Source: a virus. From it: a DNA stretch of 64,000 bases. Position numbers and translations under genes: made by a program. The stretch lies in the IMG/VR virus record IMGVR_UViG_3300040770_000162, one strand, 5' to 3'. This document shows, one piece after another, positions 31,952-40,410 of this stretch (positions are counted from its first letter, which is position 1; every line of letters begins with the position of its first letter). The notes beneath the pieces are model-generated. The model saw only the letters and a list, made by a program, of their open reading frames with translations. It made no database searches and had not been told where the DNA came from.

Positions 31952-32360
31952 TTAATTGTTTTTCTAATTTTAATATTGAACTTTTATGAGATTCTATTTT
32001 TTTCAAAATATTATTTCTAATTTCATTTTTAGATAGAATAATTTCTTCCAGTATAGAAATTTCTTCACCTAATTCTTCATCACATATTGATTGATCTTTT
32101 CTATAGGAAGATCCTCTCACATGATAAGTGTTTCCTAGTATTTCAGACGTATAATCACAATGAACATAGCTTGAATCAACTTTTTCACTATAGTCACCAG
32201 CATCTTTTATACACTCTCCTAATGGGATATGTAATAAATTGTCTTCATATTCTGTAAATTCATATGATTTATCCCAGTCAGGTAAATCTTTAAGAATTTT
32301 AGTTACTAATTCTTTAATTTCATTTTGAGTTAAAACTCTATATTTATATTTTTTACTCAT
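31944..32360 (-). CDS. hypothetical protein
   Basis: 138-aa ORF that overlaps both neighbours by 8 nt. Confidence 0.5.
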   Translation of the reverse strand: MSKKYKYRVLTQNEIKELVTKILKDLPDWDKSYEFTEYEDNLLHIPLGECIKDAGDYSEKVDSSYVHCDYTSEILGNTYHVRGSSYRKDQSICDEELGEEISILEEIILSKNEIRNNILKKIESHKSSILKLEKQLNE

Positions 32361-32690
32361 TTCTTTCTAACATTTTTACATTTATTGCAGGATATGATTT
32401 GTAATTTTCTAATTTAAAATCTTGAATTTCAATATTAGATAATAAATTACTTAAACTACAAGTTTCTAAACCATAAGTTTTAATTCTATAATATTCAGCT
32501 CTATCTTCAATATTTAGTTCACATTTATTATATTTATCAACATCTCTACTTAATTGTTCTTTAACAGCATTTAAACTATTATCATACAAATGAACCTTAT
32601 TTAAGTTACCTTGTATACCTAATGCTTTATAACCAGTTACCTTCTCTAAAATCAACGCTAATGTAGCGTAGGAAGCTATGTTATAAGGTA
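32353..32690 (-). CDS. thyA: thymidylate synthase, exon 2
   Basis: After splicing it reads (L)PYNIASYATLALILEKVTGYK...G..HLYDNS...DFKLENYKSYPAINVKM, the conserved ThyA C-terminal half. Confidence 0.8.
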
Positions 32691-32836
32691 CATTGTGTTT
32701 ATTATTAGACGCAACTCTAATAACCTGTGAGATACACAGCACTATATTACTATAGTGTTCAGACTATATCATCTAAGATCAGCTTTTCCAACACCATAAG
32801 CTTGTGTTGTACTCCTTTCGGATAGTCGTTAGGCAT

Positions 32837-33556
32837 TTATTTATAATTATAATTTATAAACTTTTTATTTGGACTGTTTATTCTAAAACATATAGTAGTA
32901 ACATGGATTCCTAATTGTCTACTAGCTTCAGATAATGAAGAATATTCCATATTTTCAATAATTACAATTTTTGATTGTATACCGTTAAATTTACCTAAAG
33001 AAGATACTCTCATTTTATCTTTAGATTCTTTACTATGTGTTTTATTATAAAATGGATTATTTATTCCAGTTCTATCTTTACATTTATTACACTCAATAGT
33101 ATTACTATTAATTCTATTTCCACATTTACAAAAAGTTTTCCCACCTTTCCAATTAGAATTATTTTCTTTAAATCTTGGAAGTCTTTTTACATTTTGCAAT
33201 CTTTGTGTTGCATTTTTAATTAATTGCTCTCTATTTGGATGATTAGAAATCATATCACCACCAGTTGCTGTTTTTGAAACATTATATAAATCGTTAAAAT
33301 CAAGAAAATCTAAAATTTGTTGCTCTCGTTTAATATAATTAAATGATGTTTCAATGCAAATATATTCAAAATTTTCAAGACCGTGTTTATTAACAGATCT
33401 TTGTAAATGAATACAGTGATGTGTATTATTTTTTAATTCTCGAAAATGTCTCAATTTTCTTTTATGTAAATCTTTTGTAGAACCAATATAAAATTTACCA
33501 TTAATTTTGTTCAGGATTATATAAATATAACCAAATTTTATTATACTATTTTTCAT
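32837..33556 (-). CDS. GIY-YIG homing endonuclease, I-TevI-like architecture (intron-encoded)
   Basis: GYIYIILN...KFYIGST...R...E core, Cys4 linker CKCG...CNKC, a NUMOD3-like helix, and a C-terminal HTH (YSSLSEASRQLGIHVTTI). Confidence 0.8.
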   Translation of the reverse strand: MKNSIIKFGYIYIILNKINGKFYIGSTKDLHKRKLRHFRELKNNTHHCIHLQRSVNKHGLENFEYICIETSFNYIKREQQILDFLDFNDLYNVSKTATGGDMISNHPNREQLIKNATQRLQNVKRLPRFKENNSNWKGGKTFCKCGNRINSNTIECNKCKDRTGINNPFYNKTHSKESKDKMRVSSLGKFNGIQSKIVIIENMEYSSLSEASRQLGIHVTTICFRINSPNKKFINYNYK

Positions 33557-33560
33557 AGTA

Positions 33561-33568
33561 CAAAGATA
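33561..33568 (-). promoter_or_regulatory. -7-box-like TATCTTTG inside the intron, upstream of the endonuclease ORF
   Basis: The minus strand reads GTTTATCTTTGTACTATG. The box ends 4 nt before the ATG, so a transcript from it would be leaderless or nearly so. Confidence 0.3.
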
Positions 33569-33696
33569 AACTAATTATATGGTAATTCCAAATAAATATC
33601 GATTTATTTTATATTTTTTTTAATTATAAAATTTAGCACGGGATTGTCCTCGCAGGATATCCCCCGTTTAACTGATTTTTACTTGGGCAACCTTTC

Positions 33697-34429
33697 ACCC
33701 AAGGAATGTGTCAACACTTCTTTGATTCCAATGAAGTTCAAATCCATATTCTGTTACTAAACTAGAATTTAGATACACATCAAGACGTTCTTGTTTATTT
33801 AGAGGTCTTACAACTACTTGAAATCCATAATGACATGGTGGTAAAGCCATATCTGGTAAATCACCAGGATTCCAAGCATTTACAATATGATCTGTAGCTA
33901 AAGGTTTTACTTTAAGATTATGAATTAGTCTTGCAATTTGATCTACTGAATTTGCAATCCAATTTCCGTTATTTTTATCATAATTATGTTTTGCTCCTAC
34001 AAAACTTCTCCATTGCTTACCATAAACAAGTCCTAAATCTCCAAGTTTATAATAACGAGTACTCATTGACAACTTGTCAGCTTTTATTCGTTCAATAAAC
34101 TCTTTAATATCCATTGGTATACCACCTATAAAATCTTTAGTTTTTACATAATAATTATAAGCATCTTTATTCCAAATATTGCAACCATTATCTACAAGAT
34201 ATTTAATATTTGTACCACCACGTAAAAACCATATTAACTCTGTTACAACATTTTTGTAATGGAGTTTTTTTGTAGTTATTGCTGGAAAACTATCTTTAAA
34301 TTCATGTTTAAAAGTATGTGATAATATTTCTAACCTGTTAACACCTTTTCTATTTGGGTCTTCATATGTATAACCTTCTAAAAGTATTTTTTTAAGAAGA
34401 TTATGATATGTTACATCTATTTTACTCAT
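33697..34429 (-). CDS. thyA: thymidylate synthase, exon 1
   Basis: Contains AWNPGDLPDMALPPCHYGFQV (catalytic Cys) and ...HWNQRSVDTFLG. The ORF stops at a TGA created by the intron's first two nucleotides. Confidence 0.85.
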
Positions 34430-34614
34430 AATTCAATAACTTTCCATTGTTCGTGAATAACACAATCATCATTAATTTCTAATTCTTCAAGACTAATACC
34501 TCTATCATCTGCAATATATTGTTTGACAATTTCTTCAGATTCAGCTTTATAAACACCCATTACACAATCCCATCCTAGTTCAGGGTTAGTTATTACATAT
34601 ATATTTTTACTCAT
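34426..34614 (-). CDS. hypothetical small protein
   Basis: 62-aa ORF whose stop/start overlaps both neighbours. Confidence 0.45.
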   Translation of the reverse strand: MSKNIYVITNPELGWDCVMGVYKAESEEIVKQYIADDRGISLEELEINDDCVIHEQWKVIEL

Positions 34615-35086
34615 TTAATAATTCTTCTAAAGTTTTAGGTTGATAATTTATTACTTCTGCAGATACGTTAATATAACGTTTATCTGGTAAAGTATTTTCA
34701 TGTACGTGAGCATGAATATTATATTTAAATCTATATTCTAGTTCACAAGGATGAATTGGACAATGTGTTAATATAAATTGTTTTTTATAATTAACCATTC
34801 CTGCAATTTTATTTACATATTGTTGCAAAACTTTTGTATGTTGACCTTCATCATAGTTACCTAATACTACATGTTTAATACCATTTAATTTATTAAGTAT
34901 TTCGTAACTAGCTTTTTCCATTGTAATATCACCGAGTAAATAAGTAGTATCTTTTTTATTTACAACAGAATTCCACTGTTTTATAAAAAATTCTTCATAT
35001 TCAAATTCATCTTTAAAACCACGTCTTATAGCCATATCTTTATGTCCAAAATGAGTACATCCTATAAATCTAACTACACTCATCAT
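34607..35086 (-). CDS. small metallophosphoesterase
   Basis: IGCTHFGH, LGDI, GNYD and HAHVHEN motifs. The first-motif Asp is replaced by Cys. Confidence 0.6.
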   Translation of the reverse strand: MMSVVRFIGCTHFGHKDMAIRRGFKDEFEYEEFFIKQWNSVVNKKDTTYLLGDITMEKASYEILNKLNGIKHVVLGNYDEGQHTKVLQQYVNKIAGMVNYKKQFILTHCPIHPCELEYRFKYNIHAHVHENTLPDKRYINVSAEVINYQPKTLEELLNE

Positions 35087-35505
35087 TTTCCAGTTGAGCC
35101 AAAACCACCTTCACCTCTTAAAGTTTCTGATAATTCATCAACTTCTTCAAATTTAATCTGTGGATACGGTATAATTAATAATTGTCCAACTCTATCTCCC
35201 ACATCATATACTAATCCTTCTTCAGAATATCTATATTTAAACATGATAGAACCTCTATAACCAGAATCAATTACTCCTACAGAATTAGATAATATTAATG
35301 TTGTTTTATTTATAGAACTTCTTGGAAATAGCAATCCTACATAACCTTCTGGTATTTCTACAGCTATTCCTGTATCATAAGTAACCATTGTATTATTATC
35401 ATTCCATTTTTCACTAATTGCTGTTAAATCAAGACCACCGTCACCTTTTTTTTGATAACTTGGTATAATAGCATTAATATTTAATTTTTTAATCTTAACT
35501 TTCAT
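35083..35505 (-). CDS. dut: dUTPase
   Basis: GDGGLDL, NSVGVIDSGYRGSI, GDRVGQL and RGEGGFGSTGK motifs. Confidence 0.9.
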   Translation of the reverse strand: MKVKIKKLNINAIIPSYQKKGDGGLDLTAISEKWNDNNTMVTYDTGIAVEIPEGYVGLLFPRSSINKTTLILSNSVGVIDSGYRGSIMFKYRYSEEGLVYDVGDRVGQLLIIPYPQIKFEEVDELSETLRGEGGFGSTGK

Positions 35506-35887
35506 TTTGATCTACTTTTAAAAATTCATTTGAAGACCAGTATTTTTGATGATCTTGTTCTTCACTGTATTGTTCAATTTTGTCAATAATAGATGCTTTT
35601 TTAATAAGAAGATAAATTAAATTATCATCAAATTTTTCATTAACTGTTGTAATTTTAGGTAAAATACCTTTTTCTAAATCATTTGTCATATCTGCAATAG
35701 ATATTTCATGTTTTAAAAGAAATCCATCTAGTACTTTTTCACGTATTAAACCACTTCTTTTACTTCCTTCATCAAAATTATGAAATACATTATTATTACG
35801 TCTATATTCTTTACCTTTTACAACTAAAAGATTTCTAAGATGTTCTAGTGTAGCTTCAATTGTTTCGTCAAATTTTTTTTCTGTCAT
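35495..35887 (-). CDS. all-alpha MazG/DUF1599-like nucleotide pyrophosphohydrolase (tentative)
   Basis: KGKEYRRNNNVFHNFDEG...LDGFLLKHEISIADM resembles the nucleotide-modification-associated domain 1 pattern. Weak call. Confidence 0.3.
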   Translation of the reverse strand: MTEKKFDETIEATLEHLRNLLVVKGKEYRRNNNVFHNFDEGSKRSGLIREKVLDGFLLKHEISIADMTNDLEKGILPKITTVNEKFDDNLIYLLIKKASIIDKIEQYSEEQDHQKYWSSNEFLKVDQNES

Positions 35888-36115
35888 TTATTCAAAAAAT
35901 TTATTAATATTAGTTAACATTTTTTGATTTTTATCTTTTTGAAATTCTAAAATATCTAACTCATCAGTTAACATTTTAATTTGATCTAATTTTTTTGTAG
36001 ATTCTATATTAATTTCATTGTTAATTTTAGAAATATCATTTTTAGTTTTTTCAAACACTGAAACAATACTTTCACTTTTTTCAATTAATGACTGTAATTT
36101 TGTTTTTCCTAACAT
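35888..36115 (-). CDS. hypothetical coiled-coil protein
   Basis: 75-aa ORF, heptad-like and Lys/Glu-rich. Confidence 0.45.
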   Translation of the reverse strand: MLGKTKLQSLIEKSESIVSVFEKTKNDISKINNEINIESTKKLDQIKMLTDELDILEFQKDKNQKMLTNINKFFE

Positions 36116-36124
36116 ATTTTTAAT

Positions 36125-36586
36125 TTAATTATTAATTCTTTTATTAAAGTATTCTAAATAATCTTTTGGTAATTGGTCAATTGATTTATATTTTTCAAAA
36201 AAGTTAATTATATTTTTAATATGATCTGTTTTTAAATCTTTTAATAAAACATGTTTAACTTTTTTACGTTTATTACCATTTTTATAGTAAAGAACTCCCC
36301 AAAACTTAACATCTTCAATTTTACAATAACCATTATTAATTAACCAATCACTTTCTTCTATATTCCAAATATGATTTTCAATATCCATATTTGGAATTAA
36401 TCTTAAATAACACAATAATTGACCAAATCTTGCATCTGGGTGTTTTAACCAAGTTTTTTTAATTTCATCACAATTTTCCATTACATTATCTAACAATTTA
36501 TTAGAAAAAGTGTTTAAAAATTTTTTTAAAATATCATCATTTAAAAGCAAATTTAAGCAAATTGGTATTCTTTTAGGATTTCTCAT
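36125..36586 (-). CDS. hypothetical protein
   Basis: 153-aa ORF. No motif recognised. Confidence 0.55.
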   Translation of the reverse strand: MRNPKRIPICLNLLLNDDILKKFLNTFSNKLLDNVMENCDEIKKTWLKHPDARFGQLLCYLRLIPNMDIENHIWNIEESDWLINNGYCKIEDVKFWGVLYYKNGNKRKKVKHVLLKDLKTDHIKNIINFFEKYKSIDQLPKDYLEYFNKRINN

Positions 36587-36750
36587 AAATGTATTTTAAA
36601 TTTATATTGAATATAATCTAGTTCTTTTAATTGACCTTCTAAAATAGCAACTTCTTCTTTATTTACAATCTTACTCAGTTTTTCACCTTTAGCAGATTTT
36701 AATTTACTTTTAAGATTATTTTTTCTATCGTTAAACCATTTTTCATTCAT
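36583..36750 (-). CDS. small basic protein (absent from the ORF track)
   Basis: Hand translation gives MNEKWFNDRKNNLKSKLKSAKGEKLSKIVNKEEVAILEGQLKELDYIQYKFKIHL (55 aa). Its TGA overlaps the next ATG (ATGA). It fills an otherwise empty 174-nt gap. Confidence 0.45.
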   Translation of the reverse strand: MNEKWFNDRKNNLKSKLKSAKGEKLSKIVNKEEVAILEGQLKELDYIQYKFKIHL

Positions 36751-36760
36751 AATAATGTAT

Positions 36761-37039
36761 TTACTTAGATTTTATTAAATACCATCTAATTTTAGCATTT
36801 TCTCTATTTTGATCACACCATTGACTTTCACCAATTTCACCTTTATATTTCAAACCAGTAGTTAAATCTTTAATTTTTACAAGTTTTTTAACACTACTTT
36901 TTTCTGAATCAAAATTAATTATCTTTTCACTAATGTGAGAATATTGAACTTTTTCATCATTATTTTCAAAAGTAGCATCTTTTTGAATATTTAATGAACA
37001 TACTTGATTTTCTGTTAATATTATATAATCTTTTTCCAT
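36761..37039 (-). CDS. hypothetical protein
   Basis: 92-aa ORF. Confidence 0.5.
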   Translation of the reverse strand: MEKDYIILTENQVCSLNIQKDATFENNDEKVQYSHISEKIINFDSEKSSVKKLVKIKDLTTGLKYKGEIGESQWCDQNRENAKIRWYLIKSK

Positions 37040-37044
37040 TTTAT

Positions 37045-37308
37045 TTATAATAAACTTTTTAATTTACTTTCTATTCTATCTGCAACTTGATCATGAATAT
37101 TTAGTTTTTCAAGTAATATTAAACTATTTAACGTTACGTCACCCAATTCTTCAATTAAATGTGGTATTCTATCTTCACTACCGTTAGGTTTAGTAACTTG
37201 CTTTATTAATATTTCACCTAATTCAAATAATTCTTCTGCTAATTTTAAATAGCAATATTCTAACGTTCTTTCTTTTGCTACAATTTCTATTATTACAGGT
37301 ATGTTCAT
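37045..37308 (-). CDS. MazG-like nucleotide pyrophosphohydrolase
   Basis: LAEELFELGE (ExxE) and LIEELGDV (ExxD) metal-binding helices in an 87-aa all-alpha protein. Confidence 0.6.
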   Translation of the reverse strand: MNIPVIIEIVAKERTLEYCYLKLAEELFELGEILIKQVTKPNGSEDRIPHLIEELGDVTLNSLILLEKLNIHDQVADRIESKLKSLL

Positions 37309-37578
37309 TTATTTAATATTTTCTAATGGATATATATCCGTTTCAACATTTATTTCGTTTTCTGGAATTAGATAAACATCATAATTTATTTCATAATATT
37401 CACGAGTCGCTTTTAAAGCTGCTTCTACATGAAGTTTAGTAAATTCAATCATAACAATAGCTATTTCATCAGCATATATTGATAAATTTCCATAATCATC
37501 TTTTTCTTTTAAAAATTCTTCTGCTGTTAGTATTTTACTCATATTATTTAATTTTATTAATAAATCCACTAATTCCAA
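37309..37578 (-). CDS. hypothetical protein
   Basis: 89-aa ORF. Confidence 0.5.
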   Translation of the reverse strand: MELVDLLIKLNNMSKILTAEEFLKEKDDYGNLSIYADEIAIVMIEFTKLHVEAALKATREYYEINYDVYLIPENEINVETDIYPLENIK

Positions 37579-38266
37579 AATTATGAATTAAACCAGGGTT
37601 ACCTTCTTTTACTAAATCATAGCTGCTGTAATTAGGATTAATAAATTTATCTTTATTTTTTAAATACAATTCATAAAAACTAATACATGGTTGTTTCATC
37701 ATTGAGTCAGCAGTAATGAAAGGTTTATTACTTTTAAGAATATCTATAATAGGTTTAGGTTCTAATAAATTAACATTAAAATAACATCTAATCAATAATG
37801 TATAAACACTTACTAATGGTGTTGATTTAACCCAAAATTTAGAACATTTAATAATTAAAGTTTCTTCATCTAATTCTATAGAGGTTTTAATTTTAATACC
37901 TAAATCAAGTTCTATTCTATTTAAAAAATCTTGAAGATTTTTATAGTTTTCAATTAGTCTTTTTTGAAGTTCGTCAAATTTATCATAATTACTACCAGAT
38001 TTTTTATGTAATGTTTTTACACCAAAATAAACTATATTTTTGTTATGAAAACAATTTAATAATTTATGGTCGTAACCATATATTTTACCAATTTCTTTTT
38101 TAGTAGATTCTACATAAGCAAAATCATTTAAATAATCTCTACAAGCTGTAAATGGTAAAAAGGTTTCAAATTTACTACCTTTTTTATTTAAGATAGTAAA
38201 TCCTACACCAAAATCTCTACCTTCAGCAAGCGTAGATCTTTTTTGTAATTCTTTAATTTTTTTCAT
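37544..38266 (-). CDS. hypothetical protein
   Basis: 240-aa ORF. No motif recognised. Confidence 0.6.
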   Translation of the reverse strand: MKKIKELQKRSTLAEGRDFGVGFTILNKKGSKFETFLPFTACRDYLNDFAYVESTKKEIGKIYGYDHKLLNCFHNKNIVYFGVKTLHKKSGSNYDKFDELQKRLIENYKNLQDFLNRIELDLGIKIKTSIELDEETLIIKCSKFWVKSTPLVSVYTLLIRCYFNVNLLEPKPIIDILKSNKPFITADSMMKQPCISFYELYLKNKDKFINPNYSSYDLVKEGNPGLIHNFGISGFINKIK

Positions 38267-38278
38267 ATATATTTATGA

Positions 38279-38638
38279 TTATTTCCACCAAACTAATTTT
38301 ACCCACCATTTATCTTGATAATCTCTTTCTTGCTTTAATAAATCTAAAGTTTTTTCCAACTCTTTCTTTCTATTAATAATTTCAATAAATTTATCACTAT
38401 ATAATAATACAGATTTAGCTACAATTTCTTTAATTTCATTTTCGTAACGACTGTATTCAATATCCATACATCTTCTCCAACTGTGATTTTCAAAAATATA
38501 ATTTTGAATTGTAACAGAAAAATTATTTAAAGTTCTTTCTATTTGTTGAATGTCTATTCTTAAATTAGATTTTTCACATTCTTTTTCAGTTTTATGAAAT
38601 TTATTGTTTTTATCTAAAAATCCACATATTTTTTCCAT
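38279..38638 (-). CDS. hypothetical protein
   Basis: 119-aa ORF. Confidence 0.5.
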   Translation of the reverse strand: MEKICGFLDKNNKFHKTEKECEKSNLRIDIQQIERTLNNFSVTIQNYIFENHSWRRCMDIEYSRYENEIKEIVAKSVLLYSDKFIEIINRKKELEKTLDLLKQERDYQDKWWVKLVWWK

Positions 38639-38639
38639 T

Positions 38640-39725
38640 TTATATATATTTGTAATTTACTCTACTTGGATTAATAGATTTTAAACTTTTTATTAACCAT
38701 TTCATTTGAAATTCTTCTGTACTACAAAATATGTGTACAACAGATTCTTTACCTTCTTCAAATAATAGACTTCTACCACATCTTTGCTCTAATGTTTCAG
38801 AGTTAGAGTTAATATCTGTAATTAATATAGTGTCTAGACCTTCATATGTCACTCCTGTTCCACCTTTTTTAATAAGACATAAACTATTACTACGGTACTC
38901 CTGAAAGTCCTTTAAAACATCGTTATTTTTACTTTTAGAATTAAACATTGAAATACCATAATTCATTCCAACTTTTTCATCTGCTGTAAACAATATGAAA
39001 CGTTTATCTTTATTATCTTCAATCCATTGTTTAACAACTCTTATTAATGATTGACAACTGTTTATCATTTTCATTCTAAACAAAGCTGCTACCATTTTAT
39101 CTTGACCAAAAGATTCATCTACTTTTTTAGACATTCTTTTACATTCTTTAAAATCTGTAGAATACCATTTTTTTAAACCACCAAACTGTACAGATTTAGC
39201 ATTGTCTAATTCAAATAAATGTACTTCTACTTTAAATTTATTTACAATACCGTCTTTAATTGCATCATCGGTACTATAATTTACAATTTGTTGTAAACCT
39301 GTAGTAAATTGTAAATTTGATAAAGTATCTTCACTATATGTACCAGACGCCAATATAACTTTATCGTTATTTTTAGTAATTTTAGCTACAATTGGTAATA
39401 TATTATCAGGTGGAATAGCATGTGCTTCATCAAATACTATAAAATCATATTTATTATCTTGAATTTTATGTAAAGATTTAAAATTACAATATTCAATTTT
39501 AGGATAATAATCTAGTTTTTGGCATTCTTGAATCCAACTATGCATTATATCAACTTGTGGAGTACTTACTAATACATTAATATCTAAATCATTATTAGAC
39601 ATTTCTCTAATTGCAGTAAGTAATTGTCTAGTTTTACCACTACGAACAGACGCTAATACAATTCCTCTAAATAATGCGTTTTTAATTTTGTCAATTATTA
39701 CTCTTTGAATTTCATTCTTTGTCAT
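38640..39725 (-). CDS. SF2 DEAH-box helicase
   Basis: Walker A RSGKTR, DEAH box FDEAH, SGT, and motif VI QRCGRS. Confidence 0.7.
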   Translation of the reverse strand: MTKNEIQRVIIDKIKNALFRGIVLASVRSGKTRQLLTAIREMSNNDLDINVLVSTPQVDIMHSWIQECQKLDYYPKIEYCNFKSLHKIQDNKYDFIVFDEAHAIPPDNILPIVAKITKNNDKVILASGTYSEDTLSNLQFTTGLQQIVNYSTDDAIKDGIVNKFKVEVHLFELDNAKSVQFGGLKKWYSTDFKECKRMSKKVDESFGQDKMVAALFRMKMINSCQSLIRVVKQWIEDNKDKRFILFTADEKVGMNYGISMFNSKSKNNDVLKDFQEYRSNSLCLIKKGGTGVTYEGLDTILITDINSNSETLEQRCGRSLLFEEGKESVVHIFCSTEEFQMKWLIKSLKSINPSRVNYKYI

Positions 39726-39921
39726 TTAATTTTCTTTCTCTGTTTATAATATAAACATCCATTTCAGATTTAGTTCCTTTATATCCTGTAACAGGATGAT
39801 AAAATGATTCTTCTTTTTCTTTATAATCTTCACGCCAATTTATATCATTATTTTCTGAATCTGTATTATCTTTACTAAAAGCTATCAAAAATACAAAAAA
39901 TAATATAATTAGTATTTCCAT
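39712..39921 (-). CDS. small membrane-anchored protein
   Basis: 69 aa with an N-terminal hydrophobic helix ILIILFFVFLIAF. Confidence 0.45.
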   Translation of the reverse strand: MEILIILFFVFLIAFSKDNTDSENNDINWREDYKEKEESFYHPVTGYKGTKSEMDVYIINRERKLNDKE

Positions 39922-39922
39922 T

Positions 39923-40390
39923 TCATTTAATAATTTTAATTAAAGCTTGTTTTAATGTATCACGATATTTATTTAAATCTTCTTTAGATATTTTACTACC
40001 TCTGTTTCCAGCAATATTTAATATTACAGAACTATCTTTAGTTAATTGTTTTAAATCATTAACATAATTAACAATTTTTTCAAAAGTAGGATTAATAATA
40101 AATGGGCAAAAGAATTCTGTAGAATATTTAATTAATAATTTTGAACCTAAAGAATTTGTATTTCCAAATAAAATACTACCTGAAGCAGATTTTATGTTTT
40201 TTTTAGTTCTTTCAGGATAATTTACAGTTTCCATTTCAATTAATCCAAATTCTTTTAAACTAAAATCAGAGCCATTTTCTGTTTTATAATCTTTTACAAT
40301 ATATCCACCAGTTTTAATTTCTAATTCTCTAGCAACTTCTAAAGCCGTTCTATCGATTCCAGTTTGACCTCCTGATATAATTTTTATCAT
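39923..40390 (-). CDS. SLOG-superfamily (MoCo-carrier-like / YpsA-like) Rossmannoid protein
   Basis: N-terminal ISGGQTGIDRTALEVA...GGY signature. Confidence 0.5.
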   Translation of the reverse strand: MIKIISGGQTGIDRTALEVARELEIKTGGYIVKDYKTENGSDFSLKEFGLIEMETVNYPERTKKNIKSASGSILFGNTNSLGSKLLIKYSTEFFCPFIINPTFEKIVNYVNDLKQLTKDSSVILNIAGNRGSKISKEDLNKYRDTLKQALIKIIK

Positions 40391-40410
40391 AATTTTACTT
40401 ATTAAAATAA

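Larger units (their letters stand above)
32691..33696 (-). mobile_element. group I intron (1006 nt), T4 td-like
   Basis: Exon CTTGGGT pairs perfectly with guide GCCCAAG (33682-33688), with U.G at the splice site. The intron ends in G. Core strings are TAAACGGGGG...GACAATCCCGTGCTAAAT (33631-33670) and GATGATATAGTCTGAAC (32757-32773). Exons sum to 1071 nt, in frame. Confidence 0.85.

Noticed and set aside
32691-32742. N-terminal 17 residues (MLCISQVIRVASNNKHN) of ORF 32353-32742
   Set aside because: This is read-through of intron 3' sequence (P9 region). ThyA homology starts only at (L)PYNIASY.
33697-34429. ThyA homolog acting as a dUMP/dCMP hydroxymethylase for DNA hypermodification
   Set aside because: The catalytic Cys context and the Asn in PYNIASY are standard for thymidylate synthase. 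I recognised no hmU/hmC kinase or transferase nearby. Sequence alone cannot exclude it.
35042-35260. Plus-strand ORFs inside the minus-strand module: 33035-33223, 35042-35260, 48614-48817, 49283-49549, 53474-53698, 56655-56840, 57910-58092, 58117-58335, 59070-59363, 61843-62100 and 63115-63321. Also the embedded minus-strand ORF 56995-57189.
   Set aside because: Each lies within a longer, motif-supported gene on the other strand or in another frame. None has an independent signal.
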